Source: a virus. From it: a stretch of DNA of 41,499 nucleotides. Below are positions 1 through 6,570 of the stretch, one piece after another. The translations under genes and the position numbers were made by a program. Every line of letters begins with the position of its first letter. Positions within the stretch are counted from its first letter, which is position 1. Location of the stretch: positions 1 through 41,499 of the IMG/VR virus record IMGVR_UViG_3300045988_023006; one strand, given 5' to 3'. The notes under the pieces were generated by a model. That model was not told the origin of the DNA, did no database searches, and saw only the letters and a list, made by a program, of their open reading frames with translations.

Positions 1-55
1 CCAGCATCGTCATCATCTGGCTGGTGATCAACGAGCTGCTGTCCATCCTGGAGAA
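1..55. repeat. Terminal direct repeat, identical to 41445..41499 (assembly overlap of a circular molecule)
   Basis: CCAGCATCGTCATCATCTGGCTGGTGATCAACGAGCTGCTGTCCATCCTGGAGAA occurs at both ends, base for base. Confidence 0.95.
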
Positions 56-179
56 TGTGTCGGCCATTGGGGCTCCGGTGCCTGGTTTCCTCCAGGCCCT
101 GCTCAAGAAGTTGAAAGTACACGCTGAGGATACGGCAGCGGACAAGCTGCCGGGAGAGGAGGACAACAACAATGAGTAA
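1..179 (+). CDS. Holin, 3' portion (same gene as 41150..41499, joined across the circular junction)
   Basis: The frame from ATG 41150 continues through the 55-bp overlap to TAA 177-179. The product has hydrophobic helices (..LLVPVLVLVVVMLL.., ..YLVIVAVAAVV.., ..IVIIWLVINELLSILEN..) and an acidic tail. Its stop overlaps the endolysin ATG. Confidence 0.8.
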   Translation, partial: SIVIIWLVINELLSILENVSAIGAPVPGFLQALLKKLKVHAEDTAADKLPGEEDNNNE

Positions 180-855
180 GCGAGTGTACATCAGCCCCAG
201 CGACCAGACGGAAAACCGCTACGCCTGGGGCAATACCAACGAGCACGCCCAGTGCCAGAGGATCGCCGAGGCGGAGGCTGCCGCCCTGCGCCGCAGCGGC
301 GTGGAGGTGAAGCTGGCGGCCTTCGGCACCACCATGGCCCAGCGCTGCGCCGAGTCCGATGCCTGGGGCGCGGACATCCACAACTGCGTCCACACCAACG
401 CCTTTAACGGCAAGGTGTCTGGCACCCGGATGTTTTGCTACAGTGTCCCCGGCAAGGGGTACGACGCCTGCAAGGCGGTGTTTGACCAGCTGGCCCCGCT
501 GACGCCGGGAACGTCTGAAAACATCCAGGCCAACCCCCGGCTGTTCGAGGTGCGTGTACCTAATGCGCCGTCGGTGTACTGCGAGTGCGAGTTCCACGAC
601 GCCGCCGAGGGTGCCAAGTGGATCGTGGAGCACACCACGGATATCGGCGAGGCCATCGCCAAGGGCCTGTGCAAGTATCTGGGCGTGACCTACGTCCCGA
701 CCAAGCAGGAGTCCCCTAAGCCCGCCCAGCCGACCGGCGATAAGCTGTATCGCGTCCAGGTCGGCGCCTTCGCCGTCCGGGAAAACGCCGAGAAGATGCT
801 GAAGCGTTTGAAGGACGCCGGGTTTGACGGGTTCATCCGGGAAGGTTCGAGATGA
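172..855 (+). CDS. Endolysin: N-acetylmuramoyl-L-alanine amidase (Amidase_3-like) with C-terminal SPOR-like domain
   Basis: 227 aa. Amidase_3-type motifs (..CVHTNAFNG.., ..YCECEFHD..). P/Q/K linker, then YRVQVGAFAVRENAEKMLKRLKDAGFDGFI, typical of SPOR repeats. Lies next to the holin. Confidence 0.85.
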   Translation: MSKRVYISPSDQTENRYAWGNTNEHAQCQRIAEAEAAALRRSGVEVKLAAFGTTMAQRCAESDAWGADIHNCVHTNAFNGKVSGTRMFCYSVPGKGYDACKAVFDQLAPLTPGTSENIQANPRLFEVRVPNAPSVYCECEFHDAAEGAKWIVEHTTDIGEAIAKGLCKYLGVTYVPTKQESPKPAQPTGDKLYRVQVGAFAVRENAEKMLKRLKDAGFDGFIREGSR

Positions 856-960
856 TGTGAAGAGAGCGTCACAGTAACTGTCTTAAAAATCTGGACGAAA
901 CCGGGGCAACAATGCGCCGACCCCCTGTTTCCGCCAAGGCTCCGCAAGTCCACGGCGAAT

Positions 961-1209
961 ATGATCGCCATGAATACAAATTACCGAGACATTCGCGCAA
1001 AACTGCGCAGCATGGCCCCTCAACGTGCCATTGATTACATCGCCGCGCTTGATCTTCCGGAAGACGAAGCGTTTTGCATCATCGCGTGCGACGTCAAGCA
1101 ACAATCCAGACAGCAGGTGGCAAACAGGCTGTTTGCGTCGGTCGAGTATGTCAAGAAGCGCCGCCGCAACGGTTACCAAAAGATTGCCGACCATATCAAA
1201 AACCCATAA
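961..1209 (+). CDS. Small HTH regulator, sigma-70 region-4-like
   Basis: 82 aa. ..SRQQVANRLFASVEYVKKRRRNGYQKIADHI resembles region 4.2-type HTH of small phage activators. Followed by a strong terminator. Confidence 0.45.
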   Translation: MIAMNTNYRDIRAKLRSMAPQRAIDYIAALDLPEDEAFCIIACDVKQQSRQQVANRLFASVEYVKKRRRNGYQKIADHIKNP

Positions 1210-1216
1210 AGTAAAG

Positions 1217-1259
1217 ACCCAACAAAGACCTTTTTCAGGCTCTTTGTTGGGTTTTTTTT
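1217..1259 (+). terminator. Rho-independent terminator
   Basis: 12-bp stem ACCCAACAAAGA (1217-1228) / TCTTTGTTGGGT (1241-1252), followed by a T8 run. Confidence 0.85.
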
Positions 1260-1295
1260 GCTGTATTTTATAGATATACAAGGGGGTGCGGCGAA

Positions 1296-1445
1296 ATGAG
1301 CGTAATGGAGCGGCTGTTGGCGTGTGGGTATACGGCGGATATGGCACGTGATATATGCAATCAATACGGATCTGACACCGCCGGATTGCTTCCCCTTGTG
1401 CGCATTGTAGAGCTCTTGCACGACGATAGGCGCGAATATGTATAG
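1296..1445 (+). CDS. Hypothetical 49-aa protein (not in ORF track)
   Basis: ATG 1296 preceded by AAGGGGGTG. Product MSVMERLLACGYTADMARDICNQYGSDTAGLLPLVRIVELLHDDRREYV. Its stop overlaps the next ATG (ATGTATAG). Confidence 0.5.
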   Translation: MSVMERLLACGYTADMARDICNQYGSDTAGLLPLVRIVELLHDDRREYV

Positions 1446-1815
1446 CTACTACAACGAGAACCCAAAAGGGAAAAACACAGGGGACTGTACCGTCAGAGCA
1501 ATATCAAAAGCCACCGGCAAGGACTGGGGCGAGACGTATTTGCGACTGTGCATCCAAGGATATCTTGACGGGGATATGCCGTCTGCAAATGCTTGCTGGG
1601 GCCGGTATCTCCGCAGCATCGGATACCGGCGGTACATCGTACCGGACACTTGCCCGGATTGCTACACGGTGGGACAGTTTGCGGAGGATCACCCGGTAGG
1701 CAACTATATTCTGGCCCTGTCCGGCCATGTGGTTTGCGTGCAAAATGGCACGATCTGGGACAGCTGGGACAGCAGCAACGAGAACGTATTGTATTACTGG
1801 GTTAAGGAGGACTGA
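1438..1815 (+). CDS. Hypothetical protein, possible papain-fold thiol peptidase/acyltransferase
   Basis: 125 aa. Ordered Cys (..NTGDCTVRAIS..), His (..LSGHVVCV..) and Asp (WDSWD), as in C39/BtrH/NlpC-like folds. Motif-level call only. Confidence 0.35.
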   Translation: MYSYYNENPKGKNTGDCTVRAISKATGKDWGETYLRLCIQGYLDGDMPSANACWGRYLRSIGYRRYIVPDTCPDCYTVGQFAEDHPVGNYILALSGHVVCVQNGTIWDSWDSSNENVLYYWVKED

Positions 1816-1817
1816 TT

Positions 1818-2249
1818 ATGGCTTACACACCTTACGGATGGCAGAACCCCTATTATCCACCCCCAATGCAGGATAACCTGATGCAGATGCGGCAAATGCA
1901 GCAACCACAGATGCAATCTCAAATTCCGCAGGCCCTTCAAAATCCGGTGGCGCAGAGCGGTGTACAGTGGGTCAGCGGCGAACAGGAGGCCCGAAACTGG
2001 ATGATCGCGCCCAACGCCGCCGTGGCGTTGTGGGACAGCTCCGCACCGACTGTGTATCTCAAACAGGCCGATGCAAGCGGCAAGCCGACGCTCAAAGTAT
2101 ACGACCTTGTAGAGCGGCTTGCAAGCGCCCCTGACGCGCAGAAAGCGCCCGCTGCGGAATATGTGACCCGTAAAGAGTTCGACGCGCTGGCGGCGCTTGT
2201 GAGCGAAATGAAGGGCAAGAAGCGCAAGGAGGAAAAGAGCGATGAATAA
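1818..2249 (+). CDS. Hypothetical Q/P/M-rich protein
   Basis: 143 aa with RBS AAGGAGG. Low-complexity N-terminus (..MQMRQMQQPQMQSQ..), a globular middle and a K/E-rich tail. Confidence 0.6.
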   Translation: MAYTPYGWQNPYYPPPMQDNLMQMRQMQQPQMQSQIPQALQNPVAQSGVQWVSGEQEARNWMIAPNAAVALWDSSAPTVYLKQADASGKPTLKVYDLVERLASAPDAQKAPAAEYVTRKEFDALAALVSEMKGKKRKEEKSDE

Positions 2250-2442
2250 TCCGTTTTTCGGTGCAATGGGCGGCGGCAACGGCTTTATGCAGATGGTGCA
2301 GCAGTTCCAGCAGTTCAAGGCAAATTTTCATGGCGACCCCAAAGCAGAGGTCGAAAAACTCTTGCAGAGCGGGAAACTCTCACAAGCTCAGCTGAACCAG
2401 TTGCAGCAGATGGCGAAGCAGTTCCAAAGCCTGATGCAGTAA
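2242..2442 (+). CDS. Hypothetical G/M/Q-rich small protein
   Basis: 66 aa. Its start overlaps the upstream stop by 8 nt (translational coupling). Confidence 0.55.
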   Translation: MNNPFFGAMGGGNGFMQMVQQFQQFKANFHGDPKAEVEKLLQSGKLSQAQLNQLQQMAKQFQSLMQ

Positions 2443-2496
2443 GCAAGTTTAAGCAAGTTTAAGCAAGTTTAAGCAAAGTTTAAGCAAAGTGTTTGC
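2440..2496. repeat. Intergenic tandem repeat (10-11-bp unit AAGCAAGTTT / AAGCAAAGTTT, about 5 copies)
   Basis: AAGCAAGTTT x3 (2441-2470), then AAGCAAAGTTT, then AAGCAAAGTGTTTGC. The array begins at the stop codon of the 66-aa gene. Confidence 0.9.
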
Positions 2497-2517
2497 TAAA
2501 TTATTAGGTTAATCAAT

Positions 2518-2531
2518 ATCGTGGCCACGAT
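2518..2531. promoter_or_regulatory. Perfect 14-bp palindrome ATCGTGGCCACGAT (operator-like)
   Basis: Self-complementary 14-mer lying between the tandem repeat and the RBS of the 2563 gene. Confidence 0.5.
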
Positions 2532-2562
2532 TTGATAATAAAAAACTGAAAGGAGTTTTTCT

Positions 2563-3309
2563 ATGTCTCTTTCTTCTGACGGCGCTCCCATGCTGACAAT
2601 GCCCGTGGCACCCACTAACTCCGGCGGCAACGGCGGTTTTGGATGGGATGGTAATGGCAGTTGGTTCATCATCATCCTGTTCCTGTTTGCCTTCCTTGGC
2701 TGGGGTAATAACGGCTGGGGCAACAACGGCGGCAATTCCGGCGGCGTGGTAGACGGCTATGTGCTGTCTTCCGATTTTGCCAACATTGAGCGCAAGATGG
2801 ATCTCATCAACGGTGGGCTGTGCGATGGCTTCTATGCCGCGAACACCACGCTGCTGAACGGCTTTGCCGGTGTCAACCAAAACATGAACAACGGTTTCCA
2901 GACCGCTGAACTGTCTCGCGCCAACCAGCAGGCCGCGCTGATGCAGCAGCTCAACGCCATGCAGATGCAGGCTGCCGAGTGCTGCTGCAACACCCAGCGC
3001 AGCATCGAGGGCGTGCGCTACGACATGGCCGCGCAGGCGTGCGACACGCGCAACACGGTGCAGAACGCGACCCGCGACATCGTGGAAAATCAGAACGCCA
3101 ACAGCCGCGCCATTCTGGACTTCCTGACCAACTCCAAGATGCGCGATCTGGAGAGTGCAAATCAGGAGCTGCGTCTGGCGGCGTCTCAGTCTGCGCAGAA
3201 CAACTATCTTATTTCGCAGCTTCGCCCGTGCCCTTCTCCCGCTTACATTACCTGCAACCCGTGGGCGGGTAGCGGCTATGGTGGATGTGGATCCGGTTGC
3301 GGCTGCTGA
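2563..3309 (+). CDS. Membrane protein with G/N/W-rich N-terminus, Q/N-rich helical core and Cys/Gly-rich tail
   Basis: 248 aa with RBS GAAAGGAG. One predicted TM helix (WFIIILFLFAFLGW). Central heptad-like Q/N/A-rich region containing a CCC triplet. C-terminus GSGYGGCGSGCGC. Confidence 0.65.
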   Translation: MSLSSDGAPMLTMPVAPTNSGGNGGFGWDGNGSWFIIILFLFAFLGWGNNGWGNNGGNSGGVVDGYVLSSDFANIERKMDLINGGLCDGFYAANTTLLNGFAGVNQNMNNGFQTAELSRANQQAALMQQLNAMQMQAAECCCNTQRSIEGVRYDMAAQACDTRNTVQNATRDIVENQNANSRAILDFLTNSKMRDLESANQELRLAASQSAQNNYLISQLRPCPSPAYITCNPWAGSGYGGCGSGCGC

Positions 3310-3390
3310 TAACTGCATAGCATAGCTTTTTGTTGGCAATGTTTTGTTAACGTCAACAAAATGTTCGGCCCCGTGCCGATACTAAACCAA

Positions 3391-3424
3391 AGCGGCGGGG
3401 CAATAGCCCTGCCGCTGATTTTAT
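3391..3424 (+). terminator. Rho-independent terminator
   Basis: AGCGGCGGGGC (3391-3401) / GCCCTGCCGCT (3406-3416), 11 bp with one G-T pair and loop AATA, followed by GATTTTAT. Confidence 0.8.
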
Positions 3425-3438
3425 GAAAGGAGTTTTCT

Positions 3439-3864
3439 ATGCCTGAATACACTGCGATTGCCACGCAGACTGTGGCGGCAAATCAGAATGTGCTTTTTAC
3501 CGAGGCACCGATCCCCTGCACAAAGGGCCTTATCACTCACCGGGTAGGCTCCGGCCTGTTTAACCTTCGCGGCAACTGCTCTCAGTGCCGCGCCCGCTAC
3601 AAGGTGGACTTTATCGGCAACATTGCCGTAAGCACCGGCGGGACCCCAGGCCCCATCTCCGTTGCCATTGCGGTTGACGGTGAACCCCTGCTGTCCTCCG
3701 TTGCGACGGTTACGCCCACGGCTGCGGAGGCGTTTTTTAACGCAGCGGCATCTGAGTACGTTGACGTTACAAAGGGCTGCTGCGCGTCGCTGTCCATCCG
3801 CAACGTGAGCGGCGAAGCCATTGACGTGAGAAACGCGAACCTTATCATTACCAGAGTTTGCTGA
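3439..3864 (+). CDS. All-beta protein resembling C1q/TNF-like jelly-roll domains of exosporium proteins (BclA-CTD / BxpB-ExsF type)
   Basis: 141 aa. Alternating beta-strand pattern (..YKVDFIGNIAVS..PISVAIAVDGEPL..ASLSIRNVSGEAIDVRNANLIITRV). Shares its RBS context with the 2563 gene. Motif-level resemblance only. Confidence 0.4.
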   Translation: MPEYTAIATQTVAANQNVLFTEAPIPCTKGLITHRVGSGLFNLRGNCSQCRARYKVDFIGNIAVSTGGTPGPISVAIAVDGEPLLSSVATVTPTAAEAFFNAAASEYVDVTKGCCASLSIRNVSGEAIDVRNANLIITRVC

Positions 3865-3878
3865 GAAAGGAGAACACA

Positions 3879-4247
3879 ATGGGAATGAAATCTATGTATA
3901 ATCTGCGCGACATGCTCTGCAAGGAGCTTGACGAAATCGCCCGCAAGGGTGAGCTTGGCGCGGGAGACCTCGATATCGCGCATAAGCTGACCGACACCAT
4001 CAAGAACATCGACAAGATCGAGACGCTTGAAGAGGGCGGTTATTTTAGCCGCTATCACGACGACGATATGCGCAATTCGTATGGGAGGGGCGTCTCTTAC
4101 GCGAGACGGCACTATGTCCGCGGGCATTACAGCCGCACGGACGCAACTGAGCATCTGCGCAGCCAGATCAACGATATGATGCGCGAGACTGACGATGACC
4201 GCATCAAGGATGCCCTGCGTCGTGCAATGGACATGATGGAGGAATAA
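3879..4247 (+). CDS. Hypothetical protein (acidic helical ends, basic R/Y/H-rich centre)
   Basis: 122 aa from ATG 3879 (RBS GAAAGGAG at good spacing). The track start at 3858 is less likely. Confidence 0.6.
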   Translation: MGMKSMYNLRDMLCKELDEIARKGELGAGDLDIAHKLTDTIKNIDKIETLEEGGYFSRYHDDDMRNSYGRGVSYARRHYVRGHYSRTDATEHLRSQINDMMRETDDDRIKDALRRAMDMMEE

Positions 4248-4262
4248 AGGGGGTAGGCCCCG

Positions 4263-4571
4263 ATGATCGACGAAAAGGAGCTGCAGCTTTGGATCTCTCG
4301 CCTGGAAACGGAAAAATCCAGCTGGACGAACTACGAAAAGCTGGCGACGCTGTATACCATCCAAAACCAAAACCGTGGGAAGGGCGAGCCGCCGGCGATG
4401 CCGCGATACTCTGCCGCGCCCGCAAAGGAGTACGGAGATAGCGATTTCCTCCGCGCGGTGGCCCGCGTTGACCCGGCCCGTGCGTGGGAAGTGATGGACG
4501 AACTCATGGACAGCTTGAAGGTCGTCAACGAGCGAGTGTATAACAGCGTTATGCGCAAGCTGGAAAAGTGA
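4263..4571 (+). CDS. Hypothetical protein
   Basis: 102 aa, last gene of the cargo cassette. Followed by a bidirectional terminator. Confidence 0.6.
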   Translation: MIDEKELQLWISRLETEKSSWTNYEKLATLYTIQNQNRGKGEPPAMPRYSAAPAKEYGDSDFLRAVARVDPARAWEVMDELMDSLKVVNERVYNSVMRKLEK

Positions 4572-4605
4572 AAAATCCCCCGTCATTTACGGCGGGGGAT
4601 TTTTT
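4571..4605. terminator. Bidirectional rho-independent terminator between convergent genes
   Basis: AAAAATCCCCCG (4571-4582) / CGGGGGATTTTT (4593-4604). A- and T-runs flank a GC stem, so it can work in both directions. Confidence 0.85.
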
Positions 4606-4647
4606 AGGCATATTTGCCCTTTATGTCCATGAAGGTAAAATATGCCT
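4606..4647. other. Candidate attP core: 42-bp near-perfect dyad around a central TC
   Basis: AGGCATATTTGCCCTTTATG-TC-CATGAAGGTAAAATATGCCT. By hand count 17 of 20 positions are symmetric, and the outer 10 bp are perfect. It abuts the integrase stop codon. Confidence 0.35.
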
Positions 4648-5944
4648 AACGCGGTGTTACAAAAAACGCGCCATCGTTGTCTGCATCAATCCGCCTGATG
4701 AAGCGCGTCCAAAATTCCTTTTTTTCGTTCCGCGAGTATGTATCATATTCGCCCAGCCCATCTTTTAATGCGTCAAGGTCTGTCTCTGGCTTTTCCTCCA
4801 CGGTTTCCAGTGCCCTTTTCAAACTCGCGTATTCCGCTTTATAATCGCCAAGCTCAATCAGATCGTTTAGGTATAGCGTTTTTAGCTTGCTCATTTTCTT
4901 TCGTATCGAGTCCGCGCTGTGCGTGGGCTTTTTTTCTGCCTTTTTATAGTACCGATTGTTCCGTTCTGCGATTCCCTCCATCTCGTGTAGTAGGTAGTCT
5001 TCCAGCGCATCTTCTCGGATCCTTTTTGTATGCGGGCAAGCGGAGTTGTCAAACATCCGCGTCCGGCATCGGTAGTATGTATATGTTTTTTTTACGGTTT
5101 CCGATTGCATCGTTTTCCCGCACTCTTTGCAGCGCAATATCCCGGAAAACAGATACACGCGATCCGTGCCAACTCCCGCACAGCGTTGTGACCGCTGGCG
5201 AATAATATCATTTACAAGGTCAAAGTCCTGTTTGCTCACCAGCGCGGGACAGGCATTTTCGATGCCGTACACCTCCCCGATGTAAAGACGGTTCCGGAAA
5301 TAGTTTACATACTTGTTATAAGCCCGGTCAATTCCCCATGTATCAAGCATATATCGCTTTACGGCAAGGACGCTTTTTAGCCGGATAAACGCGGCAAACA
5401 TATCTCGCGCCGCATCTGCCGTGCCGTTATCAATCTGGTATTGCCTGTCCTTGATGGCATAACCTAACGGTGCTTTTGAGCCTGCCGGCTGCCCTTTTGC
5501 CCGTTTCCCATCATTGATAAATTTGATTCGTTCGCTTGTGCGGTCGGCCTCATCTTGCGCAACGGAAAGCATGATATTGACCTTTAATCGCCCGGACGCG
5601 GTGCGCGTCTCGTAGTCCTCTTCCGTCGCTTGCCATGTTACGCCGTATCGGTCGAGCTGCGTTTGCACGTCATAATACCCCGCGACATTGCGGAACCAGC
5701 GGTCAAGCTTAATAAATAGAATCGTGTCTACCTTCCCCGCTTTGCAATCGCCCAGCAGCCGCAGGAGCGCCGGACGTTTTTTATACGGCTTTCGCGCGGA
5801 TATTCCCGCGTCCTCATAGATACCCGCCACGGTCATTTTGTGTTCTTGGGCATATCTTGTCAGCGCATCTCTTTGCTCTTGCAATGACAGGCCATGCCGC
5901 GCCTGTTCGTCGCTCGACACGCGGATATACAGTGCTGCTCTCAT
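4646..5944 (-). CDS. int: Large serine recombinase (phage integrase)
   Basis: 432 aa from ATG 5944 (MRAALYIRVSSDEQ.. is the resolvase catalytic Ser motif). Recombinase domain and Cys-rich zinc-ribbon (..CKECGK..YYRC..). The ATG overlaps the upstream stop (ATGA). Confidence 0.9.
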   Translation of the reverse strand: MRAALYIRVSSDEQARHGLSLQEQRDALTRYAQEHKMTVAGIYEDAGISARKPYKKRPALLRLLGDCKAGKVDTILFIKLDRWFRNVAGYYDVQTQLDRYGVTWQATEEDYETRTASGRLKVNIMLSVAQDEADRTSERIKFINDGKRAKGQPAGSKAPLGYAIKDRQYQIDNGTADAARDMFAAFIRLKSVLAVKRYMLDTWGIDRAYNKYVNYFRNRLYIGEVYGIENACPALVSKQDFDLVNDIIRQRSQRCAGVGTDRVYLFSGILRCKECGKTMQSETVKKTYTYYRCRTRMFDNSACPHTKRIREDALEDYLLHEMEGIAERNNRYYKKAEKKPTHSADSIRKKMSKLKTLYLNDLIELGDYKAEYASLKRALETVEEKPETDLDALKDGLGEYDTYSRNEKKEFWTRFIRRIDADNDGAFFVTPR

Positions 5945-6360
5945 CACCGCCCCCTCCAAAATCCGTAATCTGCGCAATGCAAATCGACATACACGCACCA
6001 CGCGGTCAGTAACACCACCACCACAAATAAAATAAAAATCACGGCGTTGCGGATATGGACACCACGCCGCATAATCTCGATCATGTCTTCCTTTGCGTCA
6101 ACATGGCGCTCCAGCTCGTCGTTTCGCGCCTGCAAGGTCTCCTCGTTCCTTGTCAGCCGTTCGGAAATTCCGAACACCTCGTCAAGTGAGATCCCAAGCG
6201 CCTTGCAGATAGGCGCGACGGTGTAAATAGACGGGGCTTTGGAAAACTTTGAAAAGAAGTTCTGCACGGTGGACAGCGGCACGCCGGAAGTGTCTGAAAT
6301 TTCCTGATAGGTCAGTTTCAATTCTTCTTTGCGGATTTTGCACACCTCTTGGATGTTCAT
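5944..6360 (-). CDS. Membrane-anchored XRE-family HTH protein, translationally coupled to the integrase
   Basis: 138 aa. N-terminal HTH (LTYQEISDTSGVPLSTVQNFF), coiled-coil linker, C-terminal TM helix (AVIFILFVVVVLLTAWCVYV). Confidence 0.75.
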   Translation of the reverse strand: MNIQEVCKIRKEELKLTYQEISDTSGVPLSTVQNFFSKFSKAPSIYTVAPICKALGISLDEVFGISERLTRNEETLQARNDELERHVDAKEDMIEIMRRGVHIRNAVIFILFVVVVLLTAWCVYVDLHCADYGFWRGR

Positions 6361-6529
6361 TTATACCACCTTAATTTCTTCGATTTTCACGCCGCGAAGT
6401 CACAAGATGAGGGCTTGCCGAACCTCGTCGAGCGCTGTCTTATTGCAAGGTTTTGGCGTTGAAATAGTTAAGCAAAGCGGAGTATGGTCAAATCATGCAG
6501 CGGCAACCGCTCCGTGCTGTCTGCACAGA

Positions 6530-6570
6530 GCCCCCGCCGTTGTTGCGGAGACGGCGGGGGCTTTTCTCTT
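6530..6570. terminator. Strong GC hairpin with a T-tract on the + side
   Basis: GCCCCCGCCGT (6530-6540) / ACGGCGGGGGC (6551-6561), then TTTTCTCTT on the + strand. It sits just downstream of the minus-strand 50-aa ORF stop. Confidence 0.55.
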
